Origin: Eledone cirrhosa
Lineage: Eukaryota
Assembly (NCBI GenBank): GCA_964016885.1
Contig: OZ024765.1
Coordinates: forward strand, 22,816,001 to 22,880,000
Direction: 5' to 3'
Length of the DNA stretch: 64,000 nt
This document shows positions 1 to 12,697 of this stretch, piece after piece. Position numbers and translations under genes: made by a program. The stretch's first letter is position 1, and each line of letters begins with the position of its first letter. Below the pieces are notes generated by a model. That model was not told the DNA's origin, ran no database searches, and saw nothing but the letters and a program-made list of their open reading frames with translations.

Positions 1-563
1 GGGAGTGGGGGGATGGAGTAGGGGTAGTGGATTGGGGTGTATATTTGATTAAGAGGTGCCTACTGACTAGGTTTCGCTTTGTACATAGGTAAGGTGGGTC
101 TTCTGTATTACTGTGTAGCGCCAAAGATCTCGGTCCAGTGACATTGTCTTGGAGAGGTGTAAGTGTGTAAGGTTGGAATTTATCAAGTCATCCCAGATTT
201 TCTGGGTCTACCTACTCCGTAGCTTCCATCAATTTTGATCGCCCTGCACTTTTTTATACAGCTGTCGTCTTTCATGCGCATCACGCGACCATACCAACGT
301 AGCCTTCTCTCAAGTAAACAGCATCTGATCCCCCTTATTTCTAATTTCTCACTTAGTTCATTTATGCTTTGCCGTTCACATATATTACTATTACACATCC
401 AGCAGAGCATGCTTGCTTCGTTCCTCTCCAGTCTGTGCAGGTCCTCTGCACACAAAGCCCAGGTCTCACTGCCATGTAACATTGCTGTTCGTATACAGGC
501 ATCATACAATCTGCCTTTTATTTAGAGAGAAAGCTTTTGTGGCCAACAGCGGTATAAGCTCTG
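1..563 (-). mobile_element. RTE-clade LINE fragment (RT C-terminus and start of 3' UTR); runs off the window edge
   Basis: ORF 183-509 reads [18 protein letters not shown]...RRLRWYG...GRPRK; reverse complement of the copies at ~52130-52690 and ~55610-56160. Confidence 0.9.
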
Positions 564-624
564 ATGCTAAAGGGTTAAATATATTTTGAAGTTTACAGGC
601 ATTTTTATGGACCACGTAATCGGT

Positions 625-918
625 GTTTAAATACGAGAAGGTTATTAAACGAACGTATAACAGTAATCAGAGTTTAAATACGAGAAGGTTATTAAACGAA
701 CGTATAACAGTAATCAGAGTTTAAATACGAGAAGGTTATTAAACGAACGTATAACAGTAATCAGAGTTTAAATACGAGAAGGTTATTAAACGAACGTATA
801 ACAGTAATCAGAGTTTAAATACGAGAAGGTTATTAAACGAACGTATAACAGTAATCAGAGTTTAAATACGAGAAGGTTATTAAACGAACGTATAACAGTA
901 ATCAGAGTTTAAATACGA
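625..918. repeat. 47-bp tandem repeat, about 6.3 identical copies
   Basis: GTTTAAATACGAGAAGGTTATTAAACGAACGTATAACAGTAATCAGA at 625, 672, 719, 766, 813, 860; partial copy at 907. Confidence 0.97.
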
Positions 919-1030
919 CGAGATTGTTTTTGAGGGTCTGACAGAATTATCGAATAAAATTGAAAGATTGGATTCTAAGTAAATGGACCGAGTAAAACAT
1001 GGAGAGACAAGAAAATGGAGTGAGATACAT

Positions 1031-1290
1031 TCATCATCATCATCATCATCACCGTTTTACGTCCGTTCTTCCACGCTAGCATGGGTTAGACATGTCGTCC
1101 TGTTGTGGGCAGTGTCTGGTCGGCTGACCATGCCTTGCTCATACAGGAACTGATCTGGCTTGATGTCTACAGCTGGATGCCCTTCCTAACACCAACCTCA
1201 TTTACAGTGAGTGCTGGGTGCTTTTTCGTGGCGCCTACACGTCCACTTTACAGTGTGGGCTGGGTGCTTTTTTGCTGTGGCACCTCCACA
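1031..1290 (-). mobile_element. RTE 3' tail / Ceph-SINE-like fragment with (CAT)n tail
   Basis: (CAT)n, then CCACGCTAGCATGGGTTAGAC and CTGGATGCCCTTCCTAACACCAACC; reverse complement of 52740-52976. Confidence 0.8.
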
Positions 1291-1519
1291 ACCACCTTGC
1301 GTTACATTTCTGAAACGACCCTTCGGCAAGGATAAAGATTCAAAGAATTCTGAAATTTTTTACCACCGACAGGTTCATTTTATACTTGCTGAGAGAGAGG
1401 GAAGGTGTGAGAGGACCTGTAGGCTTATAAACAATGCATTGGGAGACAGAGGAGAAGAAGAAGGAAAAATGTTCCCGAAAGAGTTAACGAGTAGGTTATT
1501 TTACGTATGTATGTATATA

Positions 1520-2381
1520 CAGGGTGCAGACGATATTTGTTTGCAAGATTACTGTCTAGGAAAAATTAACACAGTAGTTTTATTTTTTAAGGTTTATTTA
1601 TCAAACTTTGGTCAGTTTGTTTTCATGACTTGTTCTTTCAATCTCACTCGATAAACCCACCATGGGCTTTGATGACGGCCTCAAGGTGGCCTCGAAACCG
1701 GCTACAGGCCTTCATCACTGTCCCCAGACTTAGGCCCCTACCTAAAGGCACTTGTGATCCTGGTCTTCAGATTGTCTTTCGTATTGCAGCTAGATCTGTT
1801 GGTGTCTCGTTCCACTGCGCCCCGCACAAAGAAGTCGAGGGGGTTGCAGTCAGGCGAGCTGGGAGGCCAGATGTCAGGTGAAGTGTGGTCGACGAAGTTC
1901 TCTGACAGCCAGGCTTGGGTCTTGCTGCCACACGTACGGCCTACCTGCAGCTACCTGGTCGATCCAGGGCTTTACTACCTCGCTCAGAACGCGGATGTAG
2001 CCATCGGTGTTCAGCTTAAGGCCCTCAGGGAAGAAGTGAGGTGGCATGACGTCACATTGACTGCTGACGACACCTAAGACCAATGTTGTCGCTGGAAACT
2101 TTGTTTGCATGACTCTGGGCACGTCTTTGGATGAGACAGCGAGCCACCTGTTGTTCTGGGAGTTGATCTTCTGGTCTTATTTGTCCTCCGCAGATTGCAA
2201 GAAGAACTCTGTGTCTCTTCCACAAATTTGGAGGTTCAAAATTATTCATAGTCAATTATTCTGAAAATAAATAATGGAAATATAGTCACTGTTTTTATGA
2301 AGACAAGAGTGACAACGGAAGTAAAAAAAATGTGCATAAATTAACAGTTGAAAGTTGCGAACAAATATCGTCCGCACCCTG
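1520..2381 (-). mobile_element. Tc1/mariner DD37D (maT-type) transposon, internally deleted
   Basis: Imperfect TIRs CAGGGTGC(A/G)GACGATATTTGTT with TA on both flanks; remnants YVWQQD and WPPSSPDCNPLDFFV; homologous to 48806-50058. Confidence 0.9.
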
Positions 2382-2479
2382 TATATATATATATATACAC
2401 ATATATATATATCCGCACCCTGTATATATATATATATACATATATATATATCCGCACCCTGTATATATATATATACAAA

Positions 2480-2800
2480 TCGTCGGTAGTCTCTAGCCTC
2501 CTATATGAGAGTGAAAGTGGACACTTTTTGCAGAAACAGAGAAAGGACAAGTGCATGAGAAAACTTCGTATTTTCTATTGGGAATATAAAACCAATGAAT
2601 ACATCCTTGCCACTGTCAAGAGGAGGAAACTGGTATGATTTGGCCCCGTCAGGCATGACAGCCTCTACAAGACCATCGTGCAAGGCACTGTTGAAGGTGG
2701 ATGCAGGAGGGGACCCCAACACGAAAACTAGTTGGACAATGTCAAAGAATGGATGCACATAACTACACCAGATTTGCCAACGGCCATTGTTGATAGACTA
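2480..2800 (+). mobile_element. Degenerate RT C-terminal fragment from a second RTE-like LINE family
   Basis: LRIFYWEYKTNEYILATVKRRKLV*FG...TIVQGTVEGGCRRG...LDNVKEW resembles RTE/BovB C-termini. Confidence 0.7.
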
Positions 2801-2925
2801 TCTTTCAATTCAAGGGATTAATGAACAAATATATATATATATGTGTGTATTTGAAAAAAGGAAAAGAATGGCTTCATTGCCAGCACTATAGAATGTTTAA
2901 TTGCAAACACAAGGTTCTAAAAACC

Positions 2926-3291
2926 TGTAGCAGGAGTTGCCTCCCTTGTTGTGACACTCACATCCCCAATAGAGTAACGCTCTCTAGACGGGAAGTAGTT
3001 GGAGTTGCTTCCCGTTGGGGTGATGGAACCCTTTTTATCACTTCCGGCAGAACCCTATAAAACGAATAACTTTCAGTTCCCTCTCTCTCATTCGCCTTTT
3101 CGGTCAGGAGTCTTCACTGGCGTGTGTAACCCTGGCAACCAAGCGGTAACTAATAACTTTGTTTCATTCTTTCATCTATTTCTTTGACATGTCAACTATA
3201 CTGTTCTATATATCCACATTTTGTTAATTAAATATTATACACACAAACCATGTCTCCTTGTTACATTCATACAACCCAGTATTTCGCTAAA
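2926..3291 (+). mobile_element. Solo LTR with 5-bp target site duplication
   Basis: Starts TGTAGC, ends GCTAAA (one change from GCTACA); AAACC on both flanks (2921-2925, 3292-3296); CCCTATAAAA box; homologous to 16055-16422. Confidence 0.85.
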
Positions 3292-3566
3292 AAACCTTTG
3301 CTAAGTACAAACTACTACCTCCCTACAGACAACTGATGCTGCACACCAGGTCCGAACATGGAAGAATCACACTCCCACTGTCATCGCGTCGATCTCTCTG
3401 TATTATGAGCAAATGGGGTCCCACATGCTGGCTGCCCAGCAGACAGAATGGAAAAGGCGTTTCCTCAGAGGATGGTAGGGGAGATGCTCACTTGTAGTTG
3501 GTATTCTAAACAATTTTACAATGTACAGAAACTGGAGAGATGGGCTCTGCCGGGTTTTAAAAAGTA

Positions 3567-6500
3567 CCCTAGATACCCCATATATCAACACACCGTCCCT
3601 ACGTCTCCATATATCAACACAGAGTCCCTACGACACCATATATCAACACAGCGTCCCTACAACTCCATATATCAACACAGCGTCCCCACGACTCCATATA
3701 TCAACACAGCGTCCCTACGACACCATATATCAACACACCGTCCCTACGTTTCCATATATCAACACAGAGTCCCTACGACACCATATATCAACACAGCGTC
3801 CCCACGACACCATATATCAACACAGCGTCCCCACGACACCATATATCAACACAGCGTCCCCACGACTCCATATATCAACACAGCGTCCCCACGACACCAT
3901 ATATCAACACAGCGTCCCTACGACACCATATATCAACACAGCGTCGCTAGATACCCCATATATCAACACAGCGTCCCTACGACTCCATATATCAACACAG
4001 CGTCCCTACGACTCCATATATCAACACAGCGTCCCTACGACACCATATATCAACACAGCGTCGCTAGATACCCCATATATCAACACAGCGTCCCTACGAC
4101 TCCATATATCAACACAGCGTCCCTACGACTCCATATATCAACACAGCGTCCCCACGACTCCATATATCAACACAGCGTCCCTACGACACCATATATCAAC
4201 ACAGCGTCGCTAGATACCCCATATATCAACACAGCGTCCCTACGACTCCATATATCAACACAGCGTCCCTACGACACCATATATCAACACAGCGTCCCTA
4301 CGACTCCATATATCAACACAGCGTCCCTACGGCACCATATATCAACACAGCGTCCCTACGACACCATATATCAACACAGCGTCGCTAGATACCCCATATA
4401 TCAACACAGCGTGCCTACGACACCATATATCAACACAGCGTCCCTACGACACCATATATCAACACAGCGTCCCTAGGACACCATATATCAACACAGCGTC
4501 CCTACGACTCCATATATCAACACAGCGTCCCTACGACACCATATATCAACACAGCGTCCCTACGACACCATATATCAACACAGCGTCCCTACGACACCAT
4601 ATATCAATCAACACAGCGTCCCTACGACTCCATATATCAACACAGCGTCCCTACGACTCCATATATCAACACAGCGTCCCTACGACACCATATATCAACA
4701 CAGCGTCCCTACGACACCATATATCAACACAGCGTCGCTAGATACCCCATATATCAACACAGCGTGCCTACGACACCATATATCAACACAGCGTCCCTAC
4801 GACACCATATATCAACACAGCGTCCCTACGACACCATATATCAACACAGCGTCCCTAGGAAACCATATATTAACACAGCGTCCCTACGACTCCATATATC
4901 AACACAGCGTCCCTACGACACCATATATCAACACAGCGTCTCTACGACACCATATATCAACACAGCGTCCCTACGAAACCATATATTAACACAGCGTCCC
5001 CACGACACCATATATCAACACAGCGTCCCTACGAAACCATATATCAACACAGCGTCCCTACGAAACCATATATTAACACAGCGTCCCTACGACTCCATAT
5101 ATCAACACAGCGTCCCTACGACACCATATATTAACACAGCGTCCCTACGACACCATACATCAACACAGCGTCCCTACGACACCATACATCAACACAGCGT
5201 CCCTACGACACCATATATCAACACAGCGTCGCTAGATACCCCATATATCAACACAGCGTGCCTACGACACCATATATCAACACAGCGTCCCTACGACACC
5301 ATATATCAACACAGCGTCCCTAGGACACCATATATCAACACAGCGTCCCTACGACTCCATATATCAACACAGCGTCCCTACGACACCATATATCAACACA
5401 GCGTCCCTACGACACCATATATCAACACAGCGTCCCTACGACACCATATATCAATCAACACAGCGTCCCTACGACTCCATATATCAACACAGCGTCCCTA
5501 CGACTCCATATATCAACACAGCGTCCCTACGACACCATATATCAACACAGCGTCCCTACGACACCATATATCAACACAGCGACGCTAGATACCCCATATA
5601 TCAACACAGCGTCCCTACGACTCCATATATCAACACAGCGTCCCTACGACACCATATATCAACACAGCGTCCCTACGACTCCATATATCAACACAGCGTC
5701 CCTACGGCACCATATATCAACACAGCGTCCCTACGACACCATATATCAACACAGCGTCGCTAGATACCCCATATATCAACACAGCGTGCCTACGACACCA
5801 TATATCAACACAGCGTCCCTACGACACCATATATCAACACAGCGTCCCTAGGACACCATATATCAACACAGCGTCCCTACGACTCCATATATCAACACAG
5901 CGTCCCTACGACACCATATATCAACACAGCGTCCCTACGACACCATATATCAACACAGCGTCCCTACGACACCATATATCAATCAACACAGCGTCCCTAC
6001 GACTCCATATATCAACACAGCGTCCCTACGACTCCATATATCAACACAGCGTCCCTACGACACCATATATCAACACAGCGTCCCTACGACACCATATATC
6101 AACACAGCGTCGCTAGATACCCCATATATCAACACAGCGTGCCTACGACACCATATATCAACACAGCGTCCCTACGACACCATATATCAACACAGCGTCC
6201 CTACGACACCATATATCAACACAGCGTCCCTAGGAAACCATATATTAACACAGCGTCCCTACGACTCCATATATCAACACAGCGTCCCTACGACACCATA
6301 TATCAACACAGCGTCTCTACGACACCATATATCAACACAGCGTCCCTACGAAACCATATATTAACACAGCGTCCCCACGACACCATATATCAACACAGCG
6401 TCCCTACGAAACCATATATCAACACAGCGTCCCTACGAAACCATATATTAACACAGCGTCCCTACGACTCCATATATCAACACAGCGTCCCTACGACACC

Positions 6501-7776
6501 ATATATTAACACAGCGTCCCTACGACACCATACATCAACACAGCGTCCCTACGACACCATACATCAACACAGCGTCCCTACGACACCATATATCAACACA
6601 GCGTCGCTAGATACCCCATATATCAACACAGCGTGCCTACGACACCATATATCAACACAGCGTCCCTACGACACCATATATCAACACAGCGTCCCTAGGA
6701 CACCATATATCAACACAGCGTCCCTACGACTCCATATATCAACACAGCGTCCCTACGACACCATATATCAACACAGCGTCCCTACGACACCATATATCAA
6801 CACAGCGTCCCTACGACACCATATATCAATCAACACAGCGTCCCTACGACTCCATATATCAACACAGCGTCCCTACGACTCCATATATCAACACAGCGTC
6901 CCTACGACACCATATATCAACACAGCGTCCCTACGACACCATATATCAACACAGCGACGCTAGATACCCCATATATCAACACAGCGTGCCTACGACACCA
7001 TATATCAACACAGCGTCCCTACGACACCATATATCAACACAGCGTCCCTAGCAAACCATATATTAACACAGCGTCCCTACGACTCCATATATCAACACAG
7101 CGTCCCTACGACACCATATATCAACACAGCGTCCCTACGACACCATATATCAACACAGCGTGCCTACGACACCATATATCAACACAGCGTGCCTACGACA
7201 CCATATATCAACACAGCGTCCCTACGACACCATATATCAACACAGCGTCCCTACGACACCATATATCAACACAGCGTCCCTACGACACCATATATCAACA
7301 CAGCGTCCCTACGACACCATATATCAACACAGCGTCCCTACGAAACCATATATTAACACAGCGTCCCTACGACTCCATATATCAACACAGCGTCCCTACG
7401 AAACCATATATCAACACAGCGTCCCTACGACTCCATACATCAACACAGCGTCCCTACGACTCCATACATCAACACAGCGTCCCCACGACTCCATACATCA
7501 ACACAGCGTCCCCACGACTCCATACATCAACACAGCGTCCCCACGACTCCATACATCAACACAGCGTCCCCACGACTCCATACATCAACACAGCGTCCCT
7601 ACGACTCCATACATCAACACAGCGTCCCTACGACTCCATACATCAACACAGCGTCCCTACGACTCCATACATCAACACAGCGTCCCTACGACTCCATACA
7701 TCAACACAGCGTCCCTACGACTCCATACATCAACACAGCGTCCCTACGACTCCATACATCAACACAGCGTCCCTAC
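3567..7776. repeat. 29-bp satellite, about 145 copies, with higher-order structure
   Basis: Unit CACAGCGTCCCTACGACACCATATATCAA; the 29-aa periodicity of the overlapping ORFs equals three units. Confidence 0.98.
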
Positions 7777-7777
7777 C

Positions 7778-7888
7778 ACGCATATTTGTTATATATTACT
7801 CCATCTGTTAGAACACGAAAAGTGTGAAACAACAGAATGTTCACTTTTCGTGTTCTAACAGATGGAGTAATATATAACAAATATGCGT
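7778..7888. repeat. Perfect hairpin with 47-bp arms and a 17-nt spacer
   Basis: 7778-7824 is the reverse complement of 7842-7888. Confidence 0.95.
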
Positions 7889-8504
7889 AACTTCTTCATA
7901 AATTTCCCGGGGATAGCCATGGTGGTGGTGGTCGTATGTCATTGGCTAATTTTCAACCAATCAGAGTAAGTGTTGATATATATATATATATATACTATTC
8001 CCCCTCTCTCGATATATATCTTACGCTTTCGCTTTACACTCCTCCCCTTCAATAACACATTTCCCCCTCTCTATATATCTCTTCCACTGTTACTTACGCC
8101 TGTTTCTCTCTATCTGTTCCGTCTCTATATATATCTCTCTTACTCTTTCGCTTTGCACTCCTCCCCTTCAATACCATCTCTCCCCCTCTCTATATATTTG
8201 TTACTCTATCGCTGCACGCTCCTCTCCTTCAATATATCAATTACACACGCTTTACACTCCTTTATCCCCAGCGCCCCTATATATACACCCCCCCCCCCCC
8301 CGCATCTATATTTTAATGTTCCGTTGCACCGTGAATATATGTGTCTATATACATATATATTGTATATACATATTCATGTATGTGTATACACACTCATGTA
8401 TGTATATACACTGGTTTTATGTGTGTATTGTAAATTTGTACTGTTAAAACACGAAACTAACATTCGATTGACACTTTGATTACCTGTACAGGCAATAGTT
8501 ATTA

Positions 8505-8548
8505 GAATGCTGTTGAAGTGTGTATATATTTTGGGGGGACATCCTGTA
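8505..8548. mobile_element. Orphan Tc1/mariner-like terminal repeat
   Basis: Minus strand reads TA|CAGGATGTCCCCCCAAAATATATACACACTTCAACAGC; no partner end identified. Confidence 0.45.
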
Positions 8549-8565
8549 TATACACACATTATCTA

Positions 8566-9094
8566 TCTATATATATATAAAGCTGTGGTTGTCTGTCTGT
8601 CTATCGATTTTTGGCACACATCTCCTCTTAGAATCTCTGACGGAATTGCACCGAAATTGCTATACTTGTACATTGAGTCCTAGCGAAGACATCGGAAAAA
8701 AAATATTTCAAATTGACCCACCCTATGTGACGAAATTGAATCTAATGTATCGATTTTTGAGCGTAAGTGACGAGTTATTTCCCTTTGTTCTGTTTACATT
8801 GAGCGTCTTACGTTGTTTTTCTCTGCGTTGCAGTGTTTACATTTTCGATCTTTGTTAATAAATAACCAGTGCAGTTTTTATCCCCAGCATCCTATTTTGT
8901 TATAACATTCGGGTTATCGTTATGTTTTCTTAACTTCATAAGGCATATTGTTGGTTGAGGGAATATTAATCAAAAACACCACATGCAAGTCTGCACAGTA
9001 GACACTACAGTTTTTAAGCCAAAAAAGAAACTTAACATTGTAACTTTAACACAGCTACTGAGCGACCCCGAGCAACGCCGGGCTTTACTGCTAG
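8566..9094 (+). mobile_element. Non-autonomous Helitron
   Basis: 5' A|TCTATATATATATAAAG followed by (GTCT)n; 3' hairpin CCCGAGCAACGCCGGG, then CTAG|T. Confidence 0.85.
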
Positions 9095-9434
9095 TATATA
9101 ATACAATAAACAGATAAATACACACATATATATATGAGCTTATTTAATTATAAATATTGTGAATTTTTAACTCAGTTCAATTATATATATAAATGGCTTC
9201 TACAGGACTAGAACTGTTTCATTCGAAAGAAATCATCATAATATTGAGAGGGGGGACTAGATAAAATATTTCAAATCAAATGTGTATAAGTTATAAGTTA
9301 AAATGTATAAATAGAGACGATAGTGGAGGTATATCTGTTTAGTGGAACAGTAGACGATAGAATTAAATACAGACGAAAATCTCCCTTTAATGAAACAGCA
9401 GACGATAGAATTAAGGCAATTTAAATTTTAAGCA

Positions 9435-9487
9435 TTTGCATTTCATCGTTACGGGGTCGATAAAATAAAGTACCAGTAATACACTGT
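9435..9487 (+). mobile_element. SINE central-domain fragment (Nin-domain-like); a similar fragment lies at ~11070-11150
   Basis: TTTCATCGTTACGGGGTCGATAAAATAAAGTACCAGT matches 53720-53760. Confidence 0.7.
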
Positions 9488-9951
9488 CACTATAAGTAGA
9501 CGACTTTCAAATTGAATTGTTGGTTCCATTTCTTTAGTATTTTCAATTGTAGTTATCTACTTAAAAAGCGTTACACGGTTAGAGACATAATTGGTAAGTT
9601 ATATCTTCCCTATTAAACCATTGCATTATTTCGTCTACAATAGAACAAAAATGAAATGTTCTTTAAAGAAACAGGAATATAACTTTATAAAAAAAAAAGT
9701 TGCATCCGCTTCTTTTATCATTGATAATTTTTTCGTTTTAATATTAATTGTTTTTTGTAGTTGTTTATATTAAAAATCTTACTGTAATATTTACTTAAAC
9801 GAAGGCAGACATCTAAACTTATAGATTAATCTCTCTCTTAACTACTTTTCCCATCTTGACGTTATAGTCGCATATATATTATAGAATGCCGTTAGCTTCT
9901 TGCTAAAACAATCTCTATACCTCTCATTTATATATATATATATATATATAT

Positions 9952-10165
9952 AAACGAAGAATGATAAAATTTCAAGCAAAGAGTTTAATTAGGTAATGAC
10001 TTACAAATTTGTTTCAGTATATATTTAATATAATATTAATATATTTTGTAATATTATTAACTAATTATTATAATTAGCGCTTCAGGCTTTGTCTATATAC
10101 TGAAACAAATTTGTAAGTCATTACCTAATTAAACTCTTTGCTTGAAATTGTATCACTCTTCGTTT
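9952..10165. repeat. Inverted repeat with ~73-bp arms and a 69-nt spacer
   Basis: 9952-10024 pairs with 10094-10165 with 2-3 mismatches; contains GAAA-caaatttg-TA. Confidence 0.93.
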
Positions 10166-10659
10166 TGAATTTCTCCTAAGTATTCAATACTCTGTTGAGA
10201 AATACATTTTACATAAACAGTCTTTGTACCATTTATACGGTATTAATTACTTATATTTATATATATATAGCGTATGATTAGAACTGTGTTTATTATTAAT
10301 ATTTTAATGGATTTAATGAAAAATTTTAGGTGTTCATATATATATTCTAAAAATGCGCGAAATCGTGAATCAGCGATAGTTGAACCGCCAAGTAGCGAGG
10401 TATCACTGTATATATGTTTAAATATATAGTGTAGCTGTGATGTATCTCGCGAGTGAATCGAGACCTGTCACTGATTTTGGTGTCCCCACTGCCGATGTGA
10501 ATGAGCAACGCTGCACTTGTGAATTGGGTCTTGATGTTGCAGGCAGTTCATATACTTACAATGATGCGGTCCCACAAGCTTGTTCACATACTTACAATGA
10601 TGCGGTCCCACAAGCTTGTTCACATTCCTGTGCTAGATGGGCGTATTAAATTGGATGTG

Positions 10660-11028
10660 AAAGCAGCTTACCGGATGCGGAATCGGGAGAAGTTGAGACA
10701 AAAACAGGCCGATTATAGAGCTGTGAATTTTGCTAAATTAACACAAAAACAGGCCAAGTATAGATGTTCAAAACGGTATGAGTTGGCAAACAAGCAGGCC
10801 AAGTATAGATCTGCAAATTCAGCTATTATATCTCAAAAGCAAGCCGAGCGTAGAGCTTCTAAACGTACGGAGTTGGCTAAAGAGCAGACCAAGTACAGAT
10901 CTGCAAATCAAGACAAAGTATTACAAACAAAGGCTATGTATAAAATTCACCATAAAGATAATATACAGTCTTATGAGAAAACATATATAAAAAAAAATTT
11001 CTTCATAAGCGGTCTTTGTATCAAATGA
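10660..11028 (+). pseudogene. Coding-like remnant of 15-aa basic helical repeats, origin uncertain
   Basis: YRMRNREKLRQKQAD/YRAVNFAKLTQKQAK/YRCSKRYELANKQAK/YRSANSAIISQKQAE/RRASKRTELAKEQTK/YRSANQDKVLQTKAM/YKIHHKDNIQSYEKT in one open frame. Confidence 0.5.
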
Positions 11029-11690
11029 AGAAACTAAATAAAATGGTTGACTTCCGGATGCAGCATCAGACTTTCATACTTACTAATTCGATAAAATAAA
11101 GTACCAGTAATGGACTGCCGTAATGGATTTGTGCCGAAAAATAGAAACACTATTAATGTGCAATAAGAGCAAAATATAACGACATTGCTCAATTATTTTA
11201 TCTAATGTTGTAATAACACAAGGAAATGTTGTTTGTGTATTTTTTTTTATATTTGCTCATAGGCTTTTACAATTTCGCTCAGCCAACAACTATTAAAAAG
11301 TGAGTTGCTTAAGATAACAATTTAATCACAAATTGTTGCTATCTTTTAATACACTCCAACAAGTCATCAAATTATGTACAATAAAAACAAATCTTATTAA
11401 TTTGCTCAGGGAATATAAAGAAAATGTATATACACTGATAATTGCAATTGTATGTAAATATTTTGTTTTTGTATTGTATATTTTATGTTTTCTATTATGT
11501 ATAATATATTGATTTAATATTGATTGTTTTTTGTAGTTGTTTATATTAAAAGTCTGAAAATATTTTTATACATCTTACACTAATATTTATAAGATAATTT
11601 ATAATAACAATTACATAATCTAATTACATTATAACGATAAATTAATTTTAATATATATCCTGTTTAAACGTTGCCTTAAAAAAATATTAA

Positions 11691-12647
11691 ACTAGACATG
11701 AAAAATGCGCAAGCTCAAAAGTGCCACAGAATGTTATAATAAACCTTCAAAAGTGTGGAACTAGAGTTGTTGCTAAAAAATATTGTAATCATTATATATC
11801 GTACATTCTGTGGCATCCTTTATAAAAATAGCTTAAACCAACGAAGCCTTTATTTTTACGCTATTTCACTTAGTTAATTCTTAGAGTGTAACATATAAAA
11901 ATAAATACATCTATGTTTAATGTAATAACAGCTATAAATAATTACGTAATATTATTATCATATACTCATAGTAACAAAATAATTGTGTTGAAACTTAATA
12001 TGATGCTTATATGAACGATCAAATCTATAATGATAATTTCTTAAATATACTAATAGTAAAATAATTTAGTTATCTATTGTTACATTTTCATAGAACTATA
12101 ATATTAACAATCGTATTGCATTATCAAATTTTTATCACTACAAACTTTCATATTGGAATTACCTTAAGCCACTTATTATTACTTCGCTTTCGTACTTTTA
12201 CAGCTGTAGATATTGCGCTGTATCTTATATCTAATATCAATATCTCGTGGTAATTTGCATGAAGTGTAAAATAAGTTTATTAATAACTTTAATATGAAAT
12301 GTATTATACAGGGCTGCGGAGTCGGCCAAAAATTGACTGGCTCCAACTCAGGATCCGATACTCCATTATTTCCTAAATTTCAGCTCCGCAGCTCTGTTAT
12401 TATATTAATTAATTTATTTTATAGTTGTAAATCATATTTTTATATGTTACACTCTAAGAATTAACTAAGTGAAATAGCGTAAAAATAAAGGCTTCGTTGG
12501 TTTAAGCTATTTTTATAAAGGATGCCACAGAATGTATGATATATAATGATTACAATATTTTTTAGCAACAACTCTAGTTCCACACTTTTGAAGGTTTATT
12601 ATAACATTCTGTGGCACTTTTGAGCTTGCGCATTTTTCATGTCTAGT
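11691..12647. repeat. Long inverted repeat with near-identical 213-bp arms and a 531-bp spacer
   Basis: 11691-11903 pairs with 12435-12647; one mismatch seen. Confidence 0.95.
12309..12396. mobile_element. 88-bp hAT-like MITE
   Basis: TIRs CAGGGCTGCGGAG / CTCCGCAGCTCTG; 8-bp flanks GTATTATA / TTATTATA match at 7 of 8 positions. Confidence 0.75.
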
Positions 12648-12697
12648 ATATATATACAACTCTTGCAGCTTGAACGTTCTGCATGCATGTTTTTAAA

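Noticed and set aside
560-578. piggyBac-like end (minus strand TTAACCCTTTAGCA)
   Set aside because: Only about 19 bp and no partner end, so too little to call
3567-7776. CRISPR-like array of ~29-bp repeats
   Set aside because: Units are head-to-tail with no unique spacers, there are no cas genes, and the context is eukaryotic
3448-7858. Long ORFs with TPYINTASLR repeats
   Set aside because: Translation of a satellite that happens to lack stops; several frames are open
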